Source of the DNA: Microbotryum violaceum
Taxonomy: Eukaryota
Assembly (NCBI GenBank): GCA_001244265.2
Contig: CDLV01000005.1
Span: 558,001 to 622,000, forward strand
Direction: 5' to 3'
DNA length: 64,000 nucleotides
Shown here: positions 13,304-24,400 of the stretch, piece by piece
Layout of the letters: every line of letters starts with the position of its first letter
How positions within the stretch are numbered: position 1 is the first letter of the stretch
The notes under the pieces: model-generated
Databases searched by the model: none
What the model was told of the DNA's origin: nothing
Seen by the model: the letters and a program-made list of their open reading frames with translations, nothing else
Made by a program: the position numbers and the translations under genes

Positions 13304-16300
13304 TCACTAATGCGACAAGGAGAGGAAGGGTCAGATCTAACATCCACATTAATTTGTACAGAGAGTACACTTACATCCAACGTGATGCGCATGTCGGCGA
13401 GTGGAATCGGCTCAAAGTTGTTGATGTCGATACCTCGCGACTGCAGCTCGGCCTCACAGTGCGGTGGCACGAGTCGGTGGATCAGATCCGGTCGAATCGA
13501 CAGCTCCTCGCGTGTAAAGTTGAACAAGGGCGGCATGTCTTTTCCCGTGGCCATCTTGCAGTCGGGCTGTCTCAGATCGTCAAAGAAGGGGTGGCACATG
13601 GCCTCGACCGCGGTCAAACGCGCCGAAGGGGTATATTCGAGCAACTTCGAGATGAGGTCGATCGCTTCAGGCGGGGTGCGGGGTCGGAACACCTTCACGA
13701 ACGGGTGCGGCTTGATCTGAGGGAACTTGTGTTCCATGTAGTTCGGGTTCATCGTCTTGATCTGCTCACGGCTCGGTGTGCCGAGCACTTTGATGATTTC
13801 AACCAATTGATCAATGCTGTGATTGAGGGTAGGGTTCATCAGTTAGTGGTCATTGTAAAAGCAGATGAGTCATTGAGATCAGAACGTACCCCGATTCTCC
13901 TGGGAACAAAGGCTGGCCCAGCATCAACTCGGCCATAACGCAACCCGAAGACCACACATCTGCACGCCAAGTCGACAGATGGGTCAGTCCGAGAGATGTC
14001 CGAGAGACGGCACTCAACGCTCCGAGGAATCTGATGACTAACCAATGTTGGTGGTGTAGTTCGTTGCGCCGAAAATGAGCTCGGGTGCTCGGTAGTACCG
14101 CGAACAAATGTAAGACACGTTGGGCTCGCCCTCGATCAGGATCTTTGCCGAGCCAAAGTCGCACAGCTTGAGTACACCCGTCGGCGGGTTCAACAGCAGA
14201 TTTTGAGGTTTGATGTCGCGGTGGCAGATGCCCACCGAATGGATGTACGCGAGTGACCGCAAGAGTTGGTACATGTACAGCTTGATGTAATGCATCGGCA
14301 TCGTTTGCTTCAGCTTGGCGTAGTGACGCGAAGCGCGGTAGACGGTCTCGGGGACGTATTCGAGCACGAGGTTCAAGTAGACTTCATCCTTCTTTGGCTG
14401 TGTAGAGCAAGCAAAGGTGACATATCCATTTAGCGCCCAAACAGTGACGGCCGTGTCTTGGTGGCCCCGTCAGACACTAGTACACACCTTGTCGCCATTC
14501 GAGTAGAAAAAGGCACGCAGGTCAACAACGTTCGGGTGTTTGACCAGTCTCATAATTTGCAACTCTCGGTTCTGTGTAGCAGCAAGCGTTTCGTCAGTAT
14601 CGGCTTTCGGAAGTCGGTTTTATAAGATTACGCTCGAAAGTGGTTGTGGGTTCGAGCCCTCTCGGAGCCCCACGTGGTGCCCGTCCGTCGACGCGCTCAT
14701 GTGACCCTCCGCCCCTCGCCACGGGATTGCCGCGCGTGACTTGCGCGCCCGGGCGAGATCCCGCATTGGCAATGGGGGACATCGCGCCCAGCCAAATGCC
14801 GGCTCGCGTAACATGTCTTGGCACAGGGGCATGCAACTCGGAAAACTCTGTTCGAAGTGACGACAGGAAAACTGACCTTGAACCGCTTGTCCTGCAACAC
14901 CTTCTTGATGGCAACATCATCGTCGCCGCCGTCGCCCTCTAGCGAGCCGTTGACGAGTTTCGCCTGAAAGACAACGCCGAACGAGCCATTGCCGACAACC
15001 TTGCAGTTGGTGTAGCTCAGCTCGCACTGTTCACCCGTCTTGCCGTTCGAAGCAATGACTTTGACGACCTTTTGTGAGTCGTCGGCTGTTGGTTTCGGAT
15101 ACAAAGATGTAGCATCGTCGTCATCGACATCGTCGTTATCGTCGTCGTCGTTGTCGAACGTGGCCGCATAACGCAGAAGCGCACCGTCGTGAGCGGAGAA
15201 GTCGTAACATGCGTCATCGGGCGAGGTTCCACCGGACGAGGAAGAGTGTCGTCGTCGTACGGCATCAAGAAGGGAAGACGCCGACGTCGATGTTGAAGAT
15301 GCCGCGGAGAAGCAACATGGTGTGGGCAGCACAACGTCGCGGTCGACGGGAATCGGAGTCGCCGGAGCGGTTTCGAGCCGAGCAAGCGCAATCGAGTCGA
15401 GCGAGGGCAAGGGTGCCGATGGCGGATCGAGTGATATCCGAGACGGACACGACGCCGACGACGAAGGATTGAGGTTGAGGGGGTAGTCGATGAGGGGAGG
15501 GAGGAGAGGATAGAACATGGTCAGCTACACTCGAATCACTCGCAAGTGGGATCAGAGCATGGCTGGACAGCTATAGCGAACAACCGCACGAGTGCAGTGG
15601 GGGCCAGACGGGAGGCAAGCCAGTGCCGACGGGATCGTCGACCCCAGCCCGCCAGTTCCAGCCAGCGCCAGGCACACACGCGTGCTGGCCCCGGCGCAAA
15701 TAGACGGCGGACGGCTGGGGCAGCATCAGCATGCAAGCCCCCGTCGGGAGCGCGTCACCGCGCCAAAAATCCTGTGTCTTCGGAGATGATGCGTGTCGCT
15801 CGAGCCACCCCAGACCATCACAACCGTCGAACAAAAAGGTGGCCCATGACTAGCCTGTATGACGACGAGCCTGCTGACAGACTGAACCCGTACGGCGGGC
15901 GGCTGAGAAGAGAAGAGAGTACACGCGCGCAGGGGCAACCAGCGTCGGGAGTTTCCGAATGCGAGATCGGCAGCAGTGCAGCGAAGATGAGATCTCATCG
16001 TCATACAGATGATGGCCATCGTCACCGCATAGCAGCTCGTGTCACTGTACCCTCGACGGCCCACTAGAGAACGCGCGAGGCCAGTGTGCTCCCCACATCA
16101 GCCGCCCTGCGCCAACAGCCTTTGTCGCGGACCACCTGACCTGCACTCGAGGCGCGCATGCGTATACGCGCCCAAACACCGAGCTAACCTCTCCCGAAGC
16201 GCGAATCCGCCCCCACATGCGAACGCGGCTGCTCATCACAACATCGTAGAGTACTCGACGATGGGCCCGTTTGGAGATTCGCTCCGCCGAGTGAGGCTGG

Positions 16301-16576
16301 AGGTAGGCGGCGGTCGACCATCTCGACAGCGAATGGAGCGGGCGGAAGAGGCAACAGCCATCACGCCGGGCTTGGGATAGCTGCTACGCCTCGGCATGCG
16401 AATGCCAGCCCCTCCTACTCGCTACCTCGCATATTCGATCTCCACCGTTTCCCATGTTGCGCTGGGCCCGGAAACCGAATCGAGTCGAGTCGTCGAGCGG
16501 TGGACGGAGAGAGGATAGAGGAAAAGGAGGAGCAGCTGAGCCGAGACAACTCACGTGAGATGCGAACGCCGTTCAT
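13304..16576 (-). CDS. GSK3: Glycogen synthase kinase 3, canonical copy (Rim11/Gsk3 family)
   Basis: Exon 1 MNGVRIS (16576-16555) splices in phase 1 to [10 protein letters not shown]. Contains [27 protein letters not shown] and [14 protein letters not shown]; terminal TGA at 13306-13304 follows the last intron. Confidence 0.95.
15086..16554 (-). other. 1,469-nt first intron of GSK3 with candidate distal branch point (GCTGAC, 15525-15520)
   Basis: GTGAGT donor at 16554, CAG acceptor at 15086, phases compatible; no AG on the transcribed strand from 15524 to 15088. Confidence 0.8.
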
Positions 16577-17719
16577 TATGTGAAAAGTCGGTGAATCCCG
16601 TCTAGCCCGACAAGGTTTGCGATGCTAAGGGTGTCCAACTTCTGTTGGAGGATGAAGCTCGAAGTGGGTGTCAGCCGAGGCTGCGCTTGGGCTCGGGTTT
16701 GGGCCTTTGGGCTTTGGGGCTGGCACACACGCGCGCGCGCTCTCTCGGTCGTCTGAGGGCTCCGTCTCAGCTGACCTCGACCTCCACGCCAGCAGCCACA
16801 GGCCAGCCATAGCACTGCAGCCCATTGCCAGGGCCAGCGGAGCCGACCGCCAACCGTCAGCTATTTGACGACCAGCGTGAACCCCACTCTGTAGCGTAGC
16901 CGTACTTGCTGGTGCCGCGGCGAATTGGTGTGCGCGTCCCAAGCTCGAGGAGGTGGACAACATACAGATGGTTTCGTAAAGAGGAAAGAGAAAGGAGCTC
17001 GATTCCCGGCGAACGGCGGCGAGAGGGAACAAGGGCCCGTCGAGTACAGCTGGCGGCAGTGGGAGGGGTGGTGGGCTGCACGGCACCGGCGGGGTTACGC
17101 TGGGGCAATGTGAGGGCTGGGTTTCGTGCACTGTTACGTAGCAGGGTCGGTTCGTCCAAACAGGGAAAATAAAACACGGTTCAAGTCTGGCTAGCAGACG
17201 AGGATTCGGAGGGCGAGCGTGAGGTGTCGAGGAAAGAGCGGCACGCAAGAGTTGGCAGTGCCTGGCCTGTGTGGACCCCCCGATCTTTACGTCTGGACCT
17301 GGACCTTTTTCTCGACGGCTGCTCACCTGATCTGTGCCGCCGTCGTCCCGTTTTCCGGTCCAGAACCACTGGTATGATCCCACCCATGTCCATGAACGAC
17401 ATGTGAGATCCTTTCAGTCCGCTTCTTTGAAATAAATAAAAAGTACGCTCAACTTTCATTTTCTGTCGAGCCGAACAAAATTGATTGACGACCCCACTTG
17501 CTGGCAGCGTCAGCGGCAGCATGGCAGCAGGTGATCGAACCGACGTGGGCGACTCGGTTCAAGGCATCAGCATATTTCTTGAAAGCGTCTACACCAGACT
17601 ACAGCAGAAGAAAACTCAAGCTGACCGACCTGATCCCGAGCGATCCAGCGATATGTTTTTTCCCCGGTTCATGCTTCTGTACTGTTGAAGGTGTTAGTAG
17701 ACCTTGCACTGATATCAGG

Positions 17720-17792
17720 GGCCGGATAGCTTAGTTGGTCAAAGCTTTTCCAATGAATGGAAGCGACCCAGATTCGACTCCTGGTCCAGCCG
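17720..17792 (+). pseudogene. Degenerate tRNA-like element (pseudo-tRNA or tRNA-derived SINE head)
   Basis: 72-nt cloverleaf: acceptor GGCCGGA/TCCAGCC, D arm GCTT/AAGC, anticodon stem TTTCC/GGAAG, T arm CCAGA-TTCGACT-CCTGG. Intact A box, one B-box mismatch, TTTT downstream, non-canonical anticodon loop AATGAAT. Confidence 0.7.
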
Positions 17793-17887
17793 TTCTTATT
17801 CTTTTGTTGATCATTTCGGGATCATCGTTGATTCCAACATGTACCACCGCGTCCAGGCGAGAGGATCATTCGGCGTTGATACGGCCT

Positions 17888-18059
17888 CAAGCTTAAGGCA
17901 GCTGACGTACACCGGAAACAACTCGTGGCGAATCCCTACGACCGGGAACCGCTAGCCTCTTCGTGAGGAGTATTTGACGGTTTTTTCTGATATTCCCTTT
18001 GGCTGCCCTTTGGTAAGCTCGAACGTTCCTTCTTCTGCGTTTTTGCAGCCTTAAGCTTG
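17888..18059. repeat. 172-bp segment bounded by 15-bp inverted repeats (MITE-like or RNA stem)
   Basis: CAAGCTTAAGGCAGC at 17888-17902 versus GCAGCCTTAAGCTTG at 18045-18059 (14/15 complementary); no TSD seen. Confidence 0.45.
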
Positions 18060-18313
18060 CAGCCGGTGCACGACGAGAAAGCTACCGCAAGCTACCGCAA
18101 GCTAGCCATCATCGTGAATTCGCCGGGATGATCAAGCTTGGTGCGGAGTTATACCCACAAAATTCGATAGTATTACACTCGTCATCCAGGTATGTCGCTC
18201 TCCTCCTTTCCGACCTATGTACCCATCTTCGCCCCAAGAGATCGTCCCCACACGATACCCCTCGATCCTCGGATCGAGAGCAAGAAAAATCGTGGTAGTC
18301 CACCGCTGCGAGT

Positions 18314-20982
18314 CTAATCGATGATATCGTCGACTCGTACCGTGCGCAAGTCGATGGGTTGCCAAGATTTGGACAGATCGATCCCGTGTTGGATGTAGAT
18401 CTCTCGTCTTGCATAGGAAGGGATGATGCGATTGACGAGGTCGGGCCGGATGGAAAGTTCTGCGCGCCGAGGTAGTAGTAGGGGAACGGTGCCAGATGAT
18501 GGGATCAATGTTGAGGTTGAAGGAGGTGGAGGTGAAGGAGGTGAAGGATAGAAGAGATATTACCACGGAGTGAAGTGTGGGTTAGTTGTTGCTTTCACAA
18601 TATCGTACACGAAAACGATTCCGCGAATTGGTCTGGTCCTCCGAAGGCCAAGAGCAGTGGCGCCTAATTGCCATCTCGCGCTTCCGAGCGGACGAGATGG
18701 GACGGTCATGTGACACCGCGCCGCGCGAGTGAGACATCGAGCCGTTCTTACCCCGCATCGATCTGACGAGGGAAAGGAAGATCGATCACCGGCGCCCCGT
18801 CATCGTGCTTCATATCTTTTACGACCTGGAGGAAGCCGGTTCGGTCCTCGCGTTCCTCGACAGAATGAGGAGCACTCACCGTGATGAGAAAAGTTGAACA
18901 TCGGCGGCATGCGTTCGCCCCCTGGAAGCACGGGCCCTGTGCCGCTCGGACCCGGGTGCTTGATCTCGTCGAAGAAGGCGTGTGCCAGTAGTTCTGCAGC
19001 GCTCAATCGCTGGGACGGATCAAACACAATCAGGTTCTGCAGCAAGTCAATTGCTTCTGGTGAAGCTCGGGGTAGGAGCTGGGGAAAAGGGTGGCAAGTC
19101 AGAGAGCCGGCGTCAGCAACCTGTGATTGACAGGGGGCGCAGGTACCAATAGCGACGCGCGTGCAAACTCGCGCTCACCTTGCTGAATGGTGTAGGCTTG
19201 ATGTGGGGCAACCCTCGATCGTGGTAGTTGGGAACCATGGCTTTGATTTGGTCGGGTGACGGGGTCCCGAGGACCTTGATGATCTCGACCAGCTGATCAA
19301 CACCTGTGCTTCTCCACCGTCGAATAGGTCAGCTCCAAAGGAAAACCGACTGTAGGGCGATCAGACAACGCACCGGACGAGCCCGGAAAGAAGACGGAGC
19401 CTTGAAGAAGTTCCGCGAAGATGCATCCAATCGACCACATATCAATGGTATCTGGGTAAGACGTCGATCCGAGCTGGTCTGTTGGTACAAAGAAACGAAA
19501 AACAACGTCCCCGATCGGCAAAATGTTGAAATTACTCACGCGTGTACATCGTAGCCCCAAAGATCAACTCCGCAGCTCGATAGTAGCGACTACATGTATA
19601 AGATACGTTGGCTTCCCCTTCCCTCAACACTTTGGCGCTGCCAAAATCCTGTCGAGGAAAATTCCCAAGGCGTCAGCGCACATTCCGACTGAGTTCAACT
19701 TCTTACCTCGGCCCCGACTCACGATAAGGGTGGTCTTGCATGTTCGAGGACTGGATAATACCAATATTAAGCCATTTAATACACTTTAAAAGCGGGTGAG
19801 GGCCACGAACCGAGCTGTTGCTCACTCGACAAGAATGTTATGCGGTTTGAGGTCTCGATGACAAATTCCCATGGAGTGCAGGTACGACACCGCTCGACAG
19901 AGCTGTGAATAGCCAAGAGTAGTTGAGTGAGTTAATGATTGGGCGATATATGATCCATCCATAATGTACCTGAAACACTGTGAGGCCAATCCCGCGCGCA
20001 CACCGTTTCGTAAGCGCACAGTCGCTATAAAATCAGGTTTACCTTGAACAATGCAGACTCACTGTGCACTTTGATGAGGAACTCGGGGAACCGGAGTTGC
20101 TGTTTCGTCCAAATGCGGTACGTCCGAAATATTGTCTCGGGCTGATGAAACAGCAAAGAAGAGATGCTCAGATTCAATGCCCGAAGTCCAGGCGTGCGTA
20201 GTGCTGACCTCATAGTCCAGCACGAGGTTGAGGTACACCTCTTCGGGCTTGCCCGATGGCTCGTAGTACCAATAAAGTAGGCGGATGATGTTGGGGTGCC
20301 GGGTGATCTTCATAATCTGAAGTTCTCGGTTCTGTGTGGGATGAAGACCGTGTCAGTGACAAAGGTTCGGCGTCACCGAGTCGGCGTAAGACGAACGGTA
20401 AAGCCAGTAACCCACCTTGAATCTCCGATCCTGTGGCGTGGGAACCAAGCAGTGAGCATGAAGTTAGACGAAAATCCCATTCCACCGTGCTGCTCACCTG
20501 CTTGGTCCGCTTGAGCGCAACTCGGCCCACGTCGCCGTCTATCAACCGAGCCGCCACGACGACGCCGAACGAACCATGACCCGAGATCTTGCAATCAGTA
20601 TACTGTAACCGCGTCTTTTGTCCTGTTTGGACGCTTGTTGCTTCAATGGTATAGACACGGGTTGGATCAACTGTATTGGGGTAGGAAAGTGGGGACGTCA
20701 CGGAGCGTGAGCGATCGCGCGATTGACGATGTCGGAGGGATCAACCAAGGCGTTGCCAGGGGAGTGTGCAACCGTATCAGCGAACCCATGCACCTGTCAC
20801 CCGGCCAGCGCAATATAACATGCCTGTCCATTTGGCCGGGTGTAAGAACCTCCAAAGCAGTAGCCCAGCGATGACGACGAAGCCGCGGCAGAGGGCAGAG
20901 TACAAGCGCGGGGAATGAGCCACCACTCACTCTTCTGACCAGGAATCGCAGTCACCGGTGAATGCACCGAAGGTTCGCTCAT
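18314..20982 (-). CDS. Divergent GSK3-family kinase paralog (tandem copy, many introns and microexons)
   Basis: Spliced translation with [67 protein letters not shown] and ELSIRPDL; reading frame intact across all junctions checked. Confidence 0.9.
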
Positions 20983-21458
20983 GTCGGTAGGTTTGGAAAG
21001 TGTAGTCTCGAAACTTGGTCCCGGTAAGGTGGGAGCGAGAGCCGGCCTTGCCCGCGCCAGAGACGTCGTCTGCGTCGATCGAACGCGCGGCCGTTTGCAT
21101 TTCAGACAGGAGGTCCAACGACGAGTCACCGCTCGGACGCGGGCAAAGACGGCCTGCAGAAAGGAGGCTTTGCGGGGAGCCGTAACCGTGGAAATGGTGG
21201 ATACGTAGGTTCGGAAAGACGGTACAAAACATGCGCTCCCTAGGTGGATTTGGGATCAATTGTTCGCCTGACCGGAGAGACATTGCCACGACGGAAAGGA
21301 GACATTTGCGCACGGCCACGGCTGATCAGCAGTGTCAAGTCACGTGTGGTTCCATCAGCATTATTCCTCTCTAAGGGACTCGATCACATTGGGCTGTGGT
21401 CTTCCACATCAAAATTACAACAACATGCAACTACTTTCCTCGACGGACTGAGAAAGGT

Positions 21459-24400
21459 CTAAGAGCCGCCCAAAGTCTGGGCCCGAGCGGCCGCAGCAGC
21501 GGCGCGTAATCTCGCTCTCGCACCACCTCCATCGGTCGCAGACCTCGAGCCTTGCTCAGAACTTTTGGATTGACCGCGGGATCCATTCGTCCGATTCAGA
21601 TACGGTGGAGGCAAGGGTGTTGGCGATGCTGGTGAGGGTGATGCAGGCTCGGGCGTTCTTTCGAGGACATCATAGCTCAGGGGCTGAGGTCGCGTCGGCG
21701 TGGTTTCAGGCGAAGACGTCAGTCCGAAATGGGCACGGATGGGGGAGGGCGAAGGAGAGGATCGGAAGGAGACGAAGGAGGCGTAGGCCGACGAGGAAGT
21801 GGTCGACGATCCAAGGATGCGATTGCGGCTGCTGCATGACATGCAAGGTGGGTCAGCACTCGTCCGTCGGCAATAGGCATGGAACCACACTCCTCGTCTC
21901 ACCTGACGGAGCGGAGCTTCTTCTTGGCCATCGCTTTAATCTGCCATATCTGGAAGGCGCGAGATTGCGTACCTATATGGTCCAACTCGACGGCCATCGC
22001 AACAAGCTCGACAGGAGTAGTCTTGGCCCGCCAGATCTCGAGCACCTGAGCGCGCGTTCGGGCTCGACGGTTGCTGATCACTCGCAAAGCCATGGTCCGT
22101 TCGACCCATCGACTCCATGCATCGACGAGAATGTGGTCCCCGATCGAGTGGACGACGTGCATCTCGCGCGAGCGCATCGATCTTTCGCGCCAATGATCGA
22201 AACACGACTCGAGCATCGAAGATCGTCTTTTGGCGAGTGCGATGTGCAGCGCTTGCGACGACCTAGCGCGGGTGGACCATTTGATCAAGGCCACCTTGCT
22301 CTTTTCTGAGATCACAGAAACCCGAAACGGGCTCATTAGGTCATGTTGAGCATCGCAGCCCCGAAGTTGACCTCATAGACCCACCTCTTTCCTTCATCTC
22401 TCGATGAGTTGTTGCGAGTTCCTCAAACTGACGAATCTTGCTCGACCGCTGGCGCCAGCGAAAAAGGACCAGACTTTGCTCATTTGATACGTCCACCGTT
22501 AGAATTCAATCGGAAGGGCGTCTGGTTCGGGTCCCCTGCTCACCGTTTCATCTTGAGCTCAAAGTCTTGACCTGCTCGGTCTTCTCGGTCGCGCAGGTCC
22601 ACGACGCGGCCGATGAATGTTTCCATGCACCGCTTCAACAACACGTGATTAAATATCTTGCCGATGGTCTCCACTTTTAGTCGGTCGGACTGAGCGCGCA
22701 AAGTCATGTCGATCCAGCCTATTGATAGAAACAGAGGGAGGGTCAGACGAGGGTGCAACGCCAGCGCGTCGCACGAACCGTACCACTGAGAGCTGCACGC
22801 TTGAGATTGATCTCTCGGGTAGTCAAAAATTGTGCAATCCTTGCAACCGCTCGTTCCCTTTCCCGCTCTGCAATCGCGTCCCACCACCGATTCCACGCCA
22901 TGCGCTGCAGCAAGAAGTCCCTCGCGACGTCGGCTTGCCTCTCTCTCACGACGGACTTATCGAGTCGTCGCCTCCACTTGGCCATCGCTCGCTTGACGAG
23001 AGACCCTTCATGAATGCAAACAGCAAACTCGGAAGCCTCTCGTCGTTGCTTTATCACCTCGCACCACTGTTGCCATGCACCGCCGAGTAAATTCTGACCT
23101 GACTGAGCGAGCACCGTGTCGGCTTTGGCTTCGAGTTCGATGCAGACGAGGCGCGCGCGTGTGTACCACTTAACGAGCGAGGCGTGGCCAAGCTTGGTGT
23201 TCCGATCCGCAAGGTACTTGCGCCCGGCGTATTCGACCAGCCATAGCGTATAGACTCGATTAACCAGTCGGATTTGGTAGTGTCTCCGTGCGAGAGCTGC
23301 GCACTGCTTGCGACGGTGAACTTGCTCGCGCCAGATCGACAGCAGCTCGTGCCTGCGCTGCCTTCGTTGAAAGTCATTGGCGACCTCCTCGAGTTCCTGG
23401 ACGTACTGTCTCTGATTTCTGTGGCAGTCAGTGTGAAGGGTCAGCGAAGCTCTACGAGCAAAGGGAGGTATGATGCTGACTTACGTATTCATCCTCCAAT
23501 AATCCCACACTTTTGCAACCAGGTCGAGGTCCCGGGCATCGGATACCGCCACCTCGGATGACCTTAACCGCAACCGCTCGCGCCAGATGTGCATGGCTGA
23601 AGACATTGTCGAAGTACCAATCTGCTTTAACACATTGTCCGCCATATCTTGCATCGATCGCAGTCTTTCGTATCGCCAGCGCCAGATCGTGAACGCGAGA
23701 TTAACGAGTCTGCTCTCTTGAAACCGACGCGCGCGACGCTCTAGAATCGTTCGATGCCAAAACTGAACAGCGAGTGAGAGTTGTCAGCAATCGCGGTGGC
23801 CACACAAACCACAGTACCAGCTTCCACTCACCTTGATAACGCTCTTTACGAGCCGCTGCTTCCGGTTGTGAACGACCTCCTCCCAGGCCGAACGCAGCCG
23901 ACCCTCCCACTCAGCCCTTTGCTTGTACCTCCTCCGAATTTGCCACCGGCCCAAAACGTCTCGTTGCAGCCTCGTGTCCTGTCGCAAGCGCCACTGGCTT
24001 TCAGCGCGCTCCAAATCGGCTCGCCGGACCATGACCTCCACAAAATTGTGCTTCCACCTGTCGAGGGCCCACGACTTGATGTTCGCCTGGCGCGCCACTT
24101 CGATGCCGTGAGCGCGATCTAATAGCCATGCAGTTTTGGCACGCCAGTGTGAGAAGAGCGGATTGAGGGCACGCAATCGATCAAAGGCTACACCTGTTGC
24201 GGTCATCTCGGGGTCCTCTCGATCGAGATAGGATTTCGTGGCGACGTCGGCTTTCGATGAGAGGGCCGAGGCAATTCGGGACGACAGGATCGGATGGGCC
24301 GAGCTCGAGTGGGAACGGGTCCTATTCGACATAAGCGGATGACCTGGGAACGACGCGATGATCGGAATGTCTGATGTCGACACCCTCTTGACATGTTTCG

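Noticed and set aside
16098-16239. Possible C/D snoRNA (GTGATGA...CTGA) in GSK3 intron 1
   Set aside because: No convincing terminal stem or recognisable rRNA guide; such motifs are expected by chance in 1.4 kb
19751-19763. CTGGATAATACCA resembling the P5 loop of fungal TPP riboswitches
   Set aside because: Antisense to the gene, and simply the reverse complement of an intron 3' end (TGGTATTATCCAG); no CTGAGA or other aptamer elements nearby
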